Source: Azolla caroliniana
Lineage: Eukaryota > Plantae > Polypodiophyta
Direction: 5' to 3'
Assembly (NCBI GenBank): GCA_043228905.1
Contig: JBHGNT010000003.1
Location: forward strand, 20,460,001 to 20,524,000
Length of the DNA: 64,000 bases
In this document: in pieces, positions 35,295 through 49,300 of the stretch
How positions within the stretch are numbered: the first letter of the stretch is position 1
Layout of the letters: each line of letters begins with the position of its first letter
The notes under the pieces: generated by a model
What the model saw: only the letters and a program-made list of their open reading frames with translations
Told to the model about the DNA's origin: nothing
Databases searched by the model: none
Made by a program: the position numbers and the translations under genes

Positions 35295-37908
35295 ATGAAG
35301 ATCACTTCCATTTTGGTCTTGAAATGCTCAGGTATCGATGCAGGATCTGAGCCAAAAATCCTTGCAAACGCGTCTGATGTCAGTCATTTTGGTTACTTCC
35401 AACGTTCAAGCGCAAAGGAATTCATAGTTTTTGTTGCTCGCACCATAGCCAAACGAACCCCGCCGGGCCAACGCCAATCTGTACAACAAGAAGGTGTTTT
35501 TTCCTACTTCTTCTCTTTTGCATATCATGTGTTACTTTATTTCGATTCCTGGGGAGAGATCCAATGTTATGTCAATTAGAGGTAAGTTGTATATGCTAGA
35601 TTACTAGGGTTTGGGGGTGACCAATGTGGTGTAAACGACTATATTTAATATCCTAATATAGCCATGAGCTTAGAAGAAGCTAGAGCTATGTCACCACTAA
35701 TTACCAATCTAGGGTAAGAAAAGGTCCATAAAAAACCAGGATGATCATGTTTTGAATAACACTTTAGCTAATAAAGAAAAAGTCCATAAAAAACCAGGAT
35801 GATCATGTTGTGAATAGCACTTTAGCTAATAAAGAAAAAGTCCATAAAAAACCAGGGTGATCATGTTATGAATAGCACTTTAGCTAATGAAGAAAAGGAC
35901 CATAAAAAACTAGGGTTCCTATTATTTCTGTAGACGATTATGATGGGGTTATTGGCCGAGGATTGCCTTATTATTCAGAGTTGATTCTTCTAGTGTAAGT
36001 ACTTGATAATACCCAAATTACAGCCAGGAGCTCATGGTCCTAATCCATTGTTGAATGGCATATACTTTTTTGGTGGTTCTTATAGAAGATTCATGTGAAA
36101 TGACATATTCTTAGTCACTGAGTTGATGGCATGATTAAGCTCATGCATAATTTTTTCTTGCACAAAAATTTTCACATTCAATTTGTGTGGAAATGGATCT
36201 CACCACACTGTGTAAGAAAGTTGTTGACCTTTGTAAGTACCTTATCCAGGCATTAATGAGACTTGATTTCCTAGAACATTCTAGTTATGGTTAATCTACT
36301 TTTATCTTAATTTTAATACTTCATCTACTTAAAAGATGCTTATGAAATAAGTTATACATTCTTCTCTTTAGTGTGTATGGGATTGGCTCTTTTTGTGAAC
36401 ATTTTGTTGCCCATCATTCTCTCGCATTGCATTTTTAAGCTGTGCACAGTTGCTGGGACAGTAATGTCAATTCTTGTTTCTCTGTTTTGTTTCTCAATTT
36501 CATTAGGACATGTGCATTTGATTGCGGTTGCTTGACATTGTAATGTTTGTTTAGTCAAATATGGCTGTCAATTTTAATTATTATGAATAATGATATTATG
36601 CACATTTAATCACATGCATAATGATGAACCGAGTTTCTGTAACTTCTGCGGAGAGTGATGGGCATGCTTAACCACATTTCCAGCAGTAAGTAAGAGAAAG
36701 GCTGTCCACAAAATTATCTACACATCAATGAATATTTATATTGAGAAACTTTGTTTATAATTCTCTTTCCATCTATTAATTTGTAACTTGTAATATTTTC
36801 GAAGTCATACATAAATTATTCTTCCATAATTTCAATTCCAGTTATGACATCTAATGAATAAATGATTGGTGCTTTGTTCCCTTTCTTACAGAGTATATGG
36901 TGCATGCGTACAATCGGAATGGACTTTGTGGCATTACATTTGTAGATGCACAATATCCTATGAGGAGTGCCTTTTCAGTAGTGAGCAAGGTATTATATAT
37001 TTGAAGATGATGATAATAGGAAGGTAGAAGATGATGTTTAATGCTATATGACTTTGTACATTTAATTTAAAACTCATCAATGCTACATAGAAAGCAGCAA
37101 GAGTTAACTTATTGTAATCATGGGAGTGATAAGATTGGTCCTATGAGAAAAGAACTGAACTAAGCATTGGCTCAATTATTGGAATGCTGTTAACATCATG
37201 TTTCAGTTCTTTGATGGACAACAATTACAAGTTAAGGAGAGAATAGTAAGTTGTCTTAACGATGTCATCGAATGGCAGTGAGAGATCGACTTCTTGCAGG
37301 TTCTTGATGAATATGAGCGAGTATTTGGAAATTCATGGCAAAGTATACAGTCTGATAATACTGATGTATGGCCATACCTTGATGAAGCCTTGGCAAAATT
37401 TCAGGTTTGTCGTGTTTAAACCTTATGATTGCCATGTAAGGTGGTGAACTTTCTTTGGTATCCTCTAATTTCAATTTTTTTGGGCTCCTGCAGGACCCTA
37501 GTGAAGCTGACAAACTGTTTAAGATACAGAAGGAATTGGATGAAACAAAGCATATCTTGGTAAAATTTATTGTGAAGAAACTTTGGGAGGAGAGAGAGAA
37601 GCAGTAAACTTGTTTATTGAAAATTATGTTTTGTGTTTTGCAGCACAAAACTATTGACAGTGTTCTTGAAAGAGGAGAGAAATTAGATTCTCTTGTAGAA
37701 AAGAGCTCTGACCTTAGTATGGCATCACAGGTGTGGATTATGTTTTTTTATTCTTTTAATTATCTAATGAACACTTCTAGTATGTATTTAATATAATGTG
37801 TTTTTTCTTCTTTCTAATTTTCTTCAATCTAATAAGAGGTTTTTTGTGGACCTGCAGCTGTTCTATAAACAAGCCAAGAAAGCCAACCAGTGTTGCAGCA
37901 TACTCTGA
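35295..37908 (+). CDS. YKT6: R-SNARE YKT6 (YKT61/62-like), 201 aa; exons 35295-35493, 36892-36989, 37300-37404, 37494-37559, 37644-37730, 37858-37908
   Basis: [10 protein letters not shown]...[21 protein letters not shown] longin domain; [34 protein letters not shown]; C-terminal CCSIL prenylation motif; 606 nt in frame. Confidence 0.96.
35717..35915. repeat. Minisatellite, ~57-bp unit x~3.5, in YKT6 intron 1
   Basis: aagaaaa.gtccataaaaaaccaggatgatcatgtt.tgaata.cactttagctaat repeated. Confidence 0.9.
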
Positions 37909-39699
37909 AAATGGAAATGCGCTTCTAAATGCTATTTTTTAATGAAAATGGAAAGGTCGAATGACAGGCTACTTTGAAACTATGTATTGTAACCTGCAAT
38001 GTAAGTTTCTCCTCTTTTAATATTGCTTCAACTTACTATGTGTGTGTCGGATGGAAATTTTGGCAAATAACATGCATTATAAGTCTGAAATTAAATAAAT
38101 CAACTGACCTATGCACAAAGTAATGTTGATTTATTGTGCTTGTGTTTGCACCTTTATTAGTGAATTTATCCAATTTTGATGGATTTTAAAACTTGCATCT
38201 CATTTCAAGTTATAGGTCGTAAAATGAAAAGTACTTGTTTGCTAGATTGTACTTGTTGATGAGGAACACTTCTTGGAAAAGATGCGTATCTTGGAAATAA
38301 TAGTACGATACGGATACTTCTACGTGAAACAAGATTAGAATATAACATTGTTTGTTATGCCTTGTTCTTGATGTTATCGGATTGAATTGTGGGCTGTTTT
38401 TAGTGAATAACTTCTGGCATATTAAGCAAATATCACAAGAAGAGGTGATGGTATTTACTTGCGTGATGTTGTCTATCTAGATCAATGTGGAGCTGGCTGA
38501 ATAGAAAGTGTGTAATGCATGATGAAACATGCTTGCATGAAATGTTGATAATGAAGGTGTCAGAAATATGAATTACTTGACCATTTTTTAGTTATCTTGG
38601 AATGCACAAATCGAGCAATGGATGATTTCTGATCCTTACCGTGACTGCAGTCGCTTATATTGAATCCTTTCATTGACATGATAAATCTTGCATATTTCAT
38701 GGAAAGTTGGGTCTCATTATTAAGTTTCTATTGAATGTTGCCTTTCCCATGTCTTTGGGCTATGGAGAACGACGTCATTAATAGTTGGGATATCATTAAT
38801 AGTTGAACAGCTTGTCTTTTGCCAAAGGAATAACAAATTTGACTTCAACACATGTCAGTCTATTGTCCACCCTTTGCAGAACGACAATAAAAAATGTTAG
38901 GATTCAATCACAAATGATAATTTTAAGCCTTTTTTTGAGCAATGTGAAGGTGATTTTTTGATATTATTTCAAGAGTTGTTGAGCTCTTGTAAGATGCCTA
39001 ATTCATGTATTATGCTAAGGAATCAGAGCAAGAAATTGTGGGTGGGTATATGATTTGTAAGTTCCTCATTTATTGCTCAACTTATGTCTTGTATGGATTT
39101 TGGTGCATGTTGGGGTTAGATGTGGCGCAACATGTCTCGCTAAATGGTGGCACGACCAAGGAAGGATAGTCTGAAAAGGATATCCATTGAGCCCCTTATT
39201 GTTTGCAATTGTTATTCACTTGTTTTAGTTACAGAATATCAGGAAATTGGACTGTTGCTCATGTTAGTGAACAATTGATAGTTCTATTTCTGACAGATTA
39301 TTAGTTATTCATTTCTGAAATCTTTAGGTAATAGATATATAGTTAAAGCCCTGGAAACATGTATAGTGGAAATACACCTAGTCAAGATTGGATGACATGA
39401 CAATGTTTGTTCCATGTAGCTTACCCTATTGATGTTGATCTCATTATCTCAAAATGATATACTAGAAGTTGCATGCGTGGCCATTTGTTATTTGTTTGAA
39501 GTGGTTCACGTAATAATGATCCCACCGCGTCATTATTTTTTCCTTTGTTACCATGGACAAAGAGATCACTTGATTGATTAGGTTGTCCATTAAAATGCAT
39601 ATTATGGAAGAAAGAATCAAGATTAGACATGAATGGATTTCATGGAGGAATATATGTACACAAAAGTAGCTAGTTGCAACAACCATATAGAATTTGAAA

Positions 39700-40200
39700 G
39701 GTCTTTGGTTGCTCAGAGCTTAAACTTCTTATAAGGTATGTGCATATGAACTCAACTACATGTACTTGCAAACACACTACTTGGGACATATATGTGTTAG
39801 ATCCTACCATTTACTAAATGTATAGGAGATGCGATTACATTCAATGAAGTGGATGCCCTAGATATCCCATTGTATACCATTGCAAATAATTTTCTACAAA
39901 CAATTCCTTGTTCGTGTGAGCTAACTCTCATGATATTGTGTTCATCCTCTAAAATGTTGATGAGCTAACACCTAATCGCTATTATAAAATTGATGTCTCT
40001 ATTATCTACAAAGTTATAAATGAAGGATATGGATGAACTTCACAACCTCCTTGCCATCAAGATTATTAGCACACCTCATAAAATCTTGTTCTCTCGAAGA
40101 CATGTTCAACTTATTGTTCAAATTTGGGAAAGCAGATTATATGTAGATCACAACCTCATTTGATCACAACTTTAAGATGCAAGAAAACTTTTGTTTCATT
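39700..40200 (+). mobile_element. Highly decayed copia RT remnant
   Basis: MKDMDELHNLLAIKIISTPHKILFSRRH near 40020-40105 resembles the copia MKDLGELHYFLGI...SQ segment. Confidence 0.45.
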
Positions 40201-42272
40201 ATTTCATAAATTGGCATAGTATATGAAGTTGTCCATCTCCAATATACATGAGGACATTTTGATTCTCCAAAGTTGTTAGAATCTCCATTACATTGGAAGT
40301 CTAGTTTGATAAAGACGACAAGAGGATGATTTGATGCTCTCTAATCATCATAGCCATGGTTCAAAGCTGATTGTATTTTAGTCAAGATCCAAAGTGGATA
40401 AGTTCGGATGGAGCATTTATATGGTGTGTTGGTGTTGGGAGGGCATTGCACATATACCTTGTGCCTTAGGAAGGAACAAAATAGAACCACTAGGTGGTAG
40501 TAGTAACTTGGATACTTTGGTGGTAGTACATCATGACAAATGACAAGAAAATGGCACACTCATATTGGACAAAAGTAGTAATTGCAATGATTTAAGTCAT
40601 GAATCGGGGTTAATGTAGATGTGACTCCCCACGAGTGCTTTTATGGATGGAAGCCATACCTCTCACATTGACTTTTTTTTGGGTGCATTGGATATGCACA
40701 TGTCTTAAACGAAGTATGATCCAAGGTTGATCCCTAATTTTGAAGAGGTTATTTTTTAGGGCTACTCACTTCAACAATTGAGGTATAAGTGCTACACACC
40801 TTCTACGTGGTAAAGTTTTTGTAAGTTGCAATATCTGATTTGATGAATTGACATCATAATATGCCATGAAGTTGTCTAATTTGTGGTGACCTAGTACACA
40901 TAGTGTTGACTATAGAATGTTGGAGGTGATATTGAAAACTTTACAGTTGATCACCACAACCATCATGATGATCATGCTAGGGTTTTGGAGGTAGAAAAGG
41001 AGATAGTAGTAGAAACAAGTGAGCATCATCATCAAAGACTAAATAATAATATTATTAATGAGATTTGTAGTGATTAGAATGTTACATAGATAGATTTCAT
41101 TATTGTCACAAAAGGAGACCAAAAATAACATTTTCACAAAAGAAATGGATCTTGTCCAAGGTGCAATTTGTTTTTCATTGAGGGGGCTTCATCAAATAGC
41201 ATATAGCACCCTAAATCTGAAGCAAAAGTCAACATTGACAAATTAAATGTACTATCAAATTCATTGTCAAAATGTAGTCATTTCAAAACCAATTGAGCGA
41301 GGGAGATGTCCTTGTCAATGTCGATTAGGAAAACACCACCAATTACAATTGTTATGAATGGGAAGCTGATTGCTCAAGCTTAATCCATATTCTCCATAGA
41401 GCTCAATGTGAAACCCAGGCAAACAAGAATAAGAAATGACCTAAGGCAGCGTGATAGAACTCAAAGAACTAAAAGAGTTTTTCAATTGAAGCTACTAGAT
41501 TAGGAACCATTTACTTAGAAGACAATGTCTATGTTTACAACAAGGGACAAGTCCACATATCACATGAAGATGGAATTGCATAAGCTTGTCCATACCACAA
41601 CATAGAAGCTAGAGTGGAAGACAAATGTGCAAGAACCAAGGTATATATCACGAAACAAATGCCTTAAAAAGAGGGGGAAAAAAATTGCACCCCATTTGAC
41701 CTTGTTGTTTCTACAAAACCATGCAAGTCTAGTTAGACAGTATGTAAAGCCCAATTATAGGAAGAAGTCATGAGAACTCATGAAAAATTAACATGTCAAC
41801 AATATTCTTTGTGGGCTTTAACACCTCTTTAGCCTAGTCTAATATTGCATTTTAGGTTTTCCCTCCAACGAATCTCTTTATGTTTGTTACATGTCATGTG
41901 AAATTGACAAGCTCAAACATGCCCTATTCTTTGAATGTGTGTTTTAATATGACATGTTTGTTAAGATTTCTTAGTGGGTTTAAAATATGAATTTTTTTGT
42001 AGAGCGTGTAACATATGATCGACGTCCATCCATGAAGTCTTGAACCTCTTTTTGTGTAGCGAGGAACATCTAGTTGGTGTCTGCCTATCCACCGTGAAGT
42101 CTTGAACTACTACTCAAAGGCCAAGTATTATTTAAAAGAAAGAGAGATGTAATTATTTCATGTGCACCCATTTAAAGCAAGTTGTGGTGTGTGTTTAATT
42201 TTTAAGATGGAGAGTTTCTAAGGTTGGTATATATAGCCCTCAAATTTCTTTTTTCTTGAGTTGTCATAATGC

Positions 42273-42303
<31 letters not shown>

Positions 42304-42456
42304 GGGGAGGGGAGGGTATAGGTGATATGTTGACACAATGATAGTGAATGCTAGGGAAGACCCATCAATTTTGCTTCTTTTTACTTAAACCCACTTTATT
42401 TTGCTTGTTGTGTATAAAAGGAACAAATGGGAGGAGAGTAATTGTGTGTGTGTGTG

Positions 42457-42503
<47 letters not shown>

Positions 42504-42512
42504 CGCTAAATC

Positions 42513-43854
42513 ATGAGCATAAGAAGTGTAGTACTAGAGGGTGCAAGGAGGAGGAGGAGACGACATTCGAGCTCCCATGGCACTCGATCTCCTTCCATTC
42601 GAGTACATGAGAATGCACCCTATCATCATAAGGTGATGAATATGCATTTTTTCTTATCAATGTTTCCCCTCCATTCATTCAAATCATATATGTACCTGAA
42701 TTCAATCGTTTCAATACACATGCCGGAAATTAATCTTTCTCATTTACGCCGAAAAAACATGTGGTAATTACCACTAAATTCATGGATAATTATAATTGTC
42801 ATGTCATTTCCATACATAGTGTTACTATTATCTAGATATATGTTTATAATGGTAGTATAGTTGGGGACAAATAACAAGGTATATATTGGATGTGAATGGC
42901 TCTTAAGAAAGACATATGTTGCAACAAACAAAGGAGGGCTAACTAGCTTTTTGGATCAACAATATGGAGATACACCAGGAATATACAGGTATGGTGATTC
43001 CTATTGATGATAGCTTGCGACAACGAGTTATGGCGGCAAGGCATCGTTTGGACGAGAAATTGCTTGGATTATCGTCATCAGTTAGAAGGCCAAGGCATGG
43101 ATTCAATATAATTTCACAACTGTTTTTCATTTAGCCTCCATAGGCCTATGGCTCTTCATCACTCCAAGCTAGTGGCTACTATACTATTATAGCTTATACA
43201 TAGTAGCTATTTGGTGTTAATGAAGTGTGACCATTGGCTACAATGGGCCATCTCCAAACCACTTAAGCACATTTACTAGTTAACTAATTAGTCAATCTCT
43301 CCTCCACGATATATTATTATGCAACTTCAATAGTAACAACAATGTTAACTTGAGTTTTCATGAAAATGGGGCAAACATTGATGAAATTTTGGAATCAAGT
43401 ATTTTTAAGGGAACACAACTCCATGTAACTATGTATGTTTTAGTTTCGAATTCAAATGATGTTTCCCATAAATCAACATAATTATGCATATTTTCTTATA
43501 ATATCTTATTATTTCATATATGAAAAGGAGACTCGACCAATTAATAAAGAAACATTTCTCGAACACCCGTATCAATAGTGCACCAAGATAGCATACTCCT
43601 CTTCATCACAAACAAGAAGCAAATGAGCATGGGTTCGCAAACATGACAATGAGCATGGTTATGAGGAAAGAGTCCTTGTGGTTGGTGTTTCCAACGATGA
43701 GTGCCCTGTTTGCTTGGACGGCTTCTTGTCTGGAGAAATTGTGATGTATCTTCCATGTGATCACTATTTCCACAAGGCTTGCCTCATCCCTTCGCTCGAA
43801 TTAGGCCATGGTCATTGCCCTTTCTGTAGGGGAAACTTCACACATGCTCGATAA
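42513..43854 (+). pseudogene. RHY1A-like RING-H2 E3 ligase gene, probably disabled; exons ~42513-42632, ~42979-43098, ~43579-43854
   Basis: N-terminal LEGARRRR...TRSPS, middle AARHRLDEKL, RING-H2 CPVC-x14-CDHYFHKAC-x11-CPFC at 43702-43827; in-frame TGA at 43624-43626; usual RING Trp replaced by Ser. Confidence 0.65.
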
Positions 43855-45713
43855 AAGGGATAATAAAGATATTGTGCATAGTACTTATAGAAAATCGTGA
43901 TTGTACCATGTGGATACATGAATTTTTCATTTGACCATTTCCATATTAATATCTCATGGGTCAACTTGTAATCATATATAAGTGTTGGTCAAGTACACTA
44001 AGAAATCAATCATGGAGACCTATTTATGGCAACGATGTACTACATGTTCTTACATTAAGCATGACACAACTCTTTACACATTCTTTCTACTTTAGCAATA
44101 TTAAACTAAAGAATGTTGTGCTCAAGAGTTTGGCATTCTAATTTCTCATCAAATATTGAGACAAGTGTACGCCCTATTAGAGGACATTTAGTAAATATCC
44201 TCACAAAAGTCTCAACTACTCTCTCTCTCTCTCTCTCTCTCTCTTTGAATGCTACCATCGTCACACATTTTTCATTTTGTACACATTTCTATCGACAATG
44301 ATATACTCCTATCAATGTACTTTGTCCACATGATGCACAAACACATGAATCTCAACCATGACATATATATTGATAACATGCCCTAGTAAGAGCAAAGACA
44401 TATCCCTTTACAATCAATACACCTTTATTTTAAGTTTGTGACTTGTTGATGCCTTAATGTAAAAAAAACAAATACATGTAAGTATCATGTGGGTAGGTAC
44501 ATTTTCATGTTGTTGTAAGTGCATGCAGATTGTATTCATGAGGCACTAGTGTTAATGGAAGATCATAAGAAAAAGAGTTTGCATGATGGTAGCTAGATGA
44601 AATTTCATATTTAATTAGTATTTGTGGAAATGTTTTCCATAAACTTGCATTCCCTCATTTTCCTTTACTTCAAATTCGTTTCACATCTTTATCTTGAAAG
44701 AAATAACACATGGAATTGTAGATCATTTTTAATTTGAATGGAAGCAACGAAACCTACACTTTGTCGACATCAAATAATAGTTCAATATTCATAGTACATA
44801 CTGATTGTAACCCCCCCCCCCCCCCCCCCCACCCAAAAAAAAATGGATCTAAAGCCTTTTCTTCAAGAAGTTCATGGATCTCTTGATCCCAAAAGCTTCA
44901 TTCCAACAAGTAGTGTAGGAGATTATACAAAAATATAATGATACTTAGGGATGCAAACCTTGCACTATCAGTGTTCCACGAATAATCAAAACCTCTTTTG
45001 ATATGATATGATATGATAATAATAGACATCGCTTACGAGTTAGACTAAGCCACAATAATTCATACTTTTTTAAAATCCCGTTTTTGTAAAATCTTTGATC
45101 AAGAGGATGATGTAAACATTAAACTATTGTTTTTTTGTTATTATATATTGATCTCCAATGTTTATCTTGAACAAAGTATGTTTTATTGCTAATTATTCTT
45201 GTCGTCACAAGATAAAAATCATACACATATTATCATGCGCATTTAAGACAAAAACTTGTAGCTTTGAAAACTACATACAATTTCATGTGTGTAGGAACAA
45301 AAATAAGCAATTTGAGATCAAAGGAACTTGGGCTTGCATTAGTGGATGAAGATCATAAATTGCCCTATCCTTGAAATGTTTTTTTCGCAGCTAGGCACAT
45401 ATGTTGTGCATTTGTAACCTACATACAATTTTATGCCAACTAGTGCAAAAGCAAACTAATTCAAAAACAAGATCATTGGGCTTAACATTACTTTCTAGAG
45501 TTGTGTTTTTGAAGAGTCATTATGCAGATCGCAACATCCTAAGAATACTTGTTTATCTAACGAAGGTATAAGGATTATTGTAGATCAAGAATGGGGCCCT
45601 CCACCCACCCAACAAGGTGGGTAAGAAAGAAAGAGTAAGAAGAGATGTATAGATAAGTAGATTTCCTCTTAACATTCATAGAAATTGATTGTGGTGTGTG
45701 TGTGTGTGTGGGC

Positions 45714-45762
<49 letters not shown>

Positions 45763-46361
45763 CATGCATAAGTTACATAAAATGGTTATGGAGGAAGATT
45801 TGCTTGGACTAATAAGGTTGTTATCAAGGAAGCCATGATTTTCAAGGTCTCGCCAATGACCATATCATGTTTTTGGCACCTAATCGGGAAAATATTAGTA
45901 AGACACGAGATGTGGGGGAATTGTTTTCAAATGCTTCAAGATTGCGAATATGCATAAATCTATCCTCATTACATGTATAGAATTAGAATTTTTATCATCC
46001 ATAAAGATGACAAATTTGACCTATGGGACGAGAGTATACATGTGTTCTTAATATGTGTCTCCTTCCTAAGAAGGGGTATTCATACATTGAAGCACAATGT
46101 CTCTATGTGTGAGTAAAGCATACACATATTAGCTCAACCTTCTAGGTATGTCACTTAAGTTATCACTCCTCTTAGTATGTTAGCATATCTTGAACAAATT
46201 GCACTATATGTGGAGCATGTGAAGAGCAAGTGACATTCATCCTCTACTATGCCTTCATTGCATGCTTTACATGACTTCAAATTCGTTACATTTTGATACC
46301 ATGATGCGACTTCAATACCTAACTTGTGTGATCGAGTGTGAAGTAGTGTAAGGGCTCTACG

Positions 46362-49300
46362 TGTTGAAGACAAGGCCGTCAATGCGGAAGATCAAGTAGC
46401 ATTCGATTGGGGTTGAGTACCTGCGTATGACAGTTTCTCAGATCGTGCACAGAGATAGAGAGAGAGAGAGAGAGAGGAGGCACAAAAGACTCTTTCTATT
46501 CAATAGAAACAATAATACAACCAACCTTACAAAAAGGTTACTAGGTCACTTTATATAGTGGCAAACTTAGGGCAACTACCATTTATGCTAATTGCACGAA
46601 TGGCCCAAACTTGAGCTATACAAAGGGATAGTGTGAATACGTCCATTATACACTTGTATTCGACACTCCCCCGTAATGGGCGTATACATGGGTTATCTAA
46701 GATTACAGGTATAAACCTAGGTTCTCGGACATATCAGTTTTGTTCGAGTCGGCAGGGTCCGAAGGCAGAAGGCCGGACTGGTCGGGTCGGAAGAGTTGAA
46801 GCCGATCATTAAGGAACTGATGTCGGTTGTCTGAAACCATCCTGCGCTGTGTCTGGCTCTAACCGGACTGGTTTGTCGTTACGCCCATCTGATGCCGAAG
46901 GGACCGAAAGCGGTCTGCCGAAAGACACTTGGTCATTCCATCTGCGACATTGTTGGTTGTGGATATTTTCTCTAGACCGATTTTCCCTGAAATGACGCAG
47001 TCCCGAACGAAGTGATATCGAACGTCGATATGTTTGGAGGCGTTGTGGTGAACCGGATTTTTCGACAAGGCAACAGCACCTTGACTGTCGCTATAAACAA
47101 CTGGGGCCGAGTCATGGTCGACTTGTCGAAACGTGTGCGCCAGCCGGCCGAGCCACAAAGCTTCTTTTGCAGCGTCGAACGCAGCTACATATTCTGCTTC
47201 GGTCGTTGAGGTCGCTGTGCACTCCTGAAGTTTCGACTTCCACGAAATTGCTCCATTGCCGAATTTGAAGCAGTATCCAGTTGTTGATTTCCGACTGTCT
47301 ATACAGCTGGCGAAGTCCGAGTCGGTGTAACCGACTACACCTGAGGTTGAGTTCGGACCGAAAAGAATGTCGTGGTCTTTTGTGCCAGCCAGATATTTGA
47401 ACACATGCTTGACTGCGTTCCAATGCGATCGGCCAGGATTGTGCATAAATCTGCTAACGACTCCTACGACATGAGAAATATCAGGCCGTGTCGCGACCAT
47501 CAGGTACATAAGGGAGCCGACTGCCGGTGCATACGGTACCGACTTCATATCTTCCCCCTCCGGACCGGATGTCGGGCAGTCTCGCTGAGAGAGCCGAAGA
47601 TTCATGGGGAGCGGGGTTGAAGCAGATTTGGCTGATTGCATGTTGAAGCGTTCCAAGACACGTCTGATATAGTCGGTCTGAGACAAAAAAAGATGTCGTT
47701 TATCGCGATGCCGACTAATCTTCATGCCAAGTATGTGTCGTGCCGGACCGAGGTCCTTCATGGCAAACTTCAACCGCAATTGCCGAATGAGATCGGCAAG
47801 TTCGCCCGCGTGGCGTCCAGAAATTAGCATGTCGTCCACGTAAATGATGAGGAAGATGGGTGATCCATCTTGAGCTGTGTTGGTAAAAAGACAATGGTCC
47901 TCATCGCTTTTTGAGAAGCCGATCGATTGGATGAAGTCGTCGAACTTCTTGTACCATTGTCGCGGTGCCTGTTTGAGGCCGTATAGACTCTTCCTGAGTC
48001 GGCAGACTAGATGTTCTTGGCCAGTTGCCACGAAGCCTTTTGGCTGCTCCATATAAATTTCCTCTTCAAGATCACCATGGAGGAAGGCTGTTTTGACATC
48101 TAGCTGAATCAGCTCCAAGTTGTCGGCTGCCACTACGTCGAGTAGAAAACGAAGGGTTGTCATTTTCACCACTGGTGAAAAAATCTCGTCGAAGTCGACG
48201 CCATATTCTTGTCGGAAGCCCTTCGCAACTAATCTGGCCTTGTACTTTGGGGTGGTCGAATCAGACGTCTCTTTTAGTCGGTAAACCCACTTGCAAGGAA
48301 GAGCACGTCGATTCTTAGGTAATTCGACCAGATCCCAAGTCTTGTTTGCCCGAATGGAGTGCATTTCCGACTCCATCGCCAGATGCCAGGTGGCTGAATC
48401 GACAGATGTCGATGCTTCTTCGTAAGACGTCGGTTCGCCGGCGTCGGTGAAGAAAATTCCAGGAGAATACCTCTCCGGAGGTTGCGACAGTCTCTCGGAT
48501 CGTCGAGGTATGATTGGACTGGTCGTATCGGGTATCGAGGTCGGATGGTCCGAAAGCGAATTATTCTGCTGTGCCGAGTCAGAGTTGTCCGAGTCGGTAG
48601 TGTAAGGTTCAGCTACCCGTGAAGCTGACCGTGTGTTAAGAGCGGGGCCTTCTTGAAGGGTCGGCACATCGGAAAATGTTACCCTTCGGACTTCGATCGG
48701 TGTTTCGACTGATGGATTCATAGCCGACTCGTTGAACACAACGTCCGAACTTCGAACGATTTGTCTGCGTTCGGGGTCCCAGAGTCGGTATCCCATTTCG
48801 CCGTCTGATCCATATCCAAGGAAAATGCATTTCCTGGACCGAGGTGCAAGTTTTCGGCGATCATCTTTCGGAATAAGGGCGTACGCCTCGCATCCGAAGA
48901 TCCTCAGCTTGTCGTAATTCGGCTTACTGCCGATCCATAGTTCCTGAGGAATTTGAAGTCCTAGAGGTCTGCTTGGCGACATATTGATTATGTGTACTGC
49001 CGTGAGTAGAGCCTCTGCCCAGAAGCCATCCGACAGTCCGGAGTGTTGGAGCATGGAAACTATCCGTTCTTGGATTGTCCGATTCATGCGTTCTGCAATC
49101 CCGTTTTGCTCCGGACTGTGTGGTGCCGTAAATTCACGTCGGATGCCGCGTTGTCGGCAGAATTTGACGAATTCTTCTGATTTGAACTCTCCCCCATTGT
49201 CGGTCCGAAAGCATTTCAGTTTTCGGTCAGTTTGATTTTCTACCATAGCGAGCCAATCGGAGAAGATCGAGAAGACACGATCTTTGGTGTGAATTGGATA

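Noticed and set aside
40300-41800. Possible TE-derived coding remnant
   Set aside because: No recognisable domain; many stops
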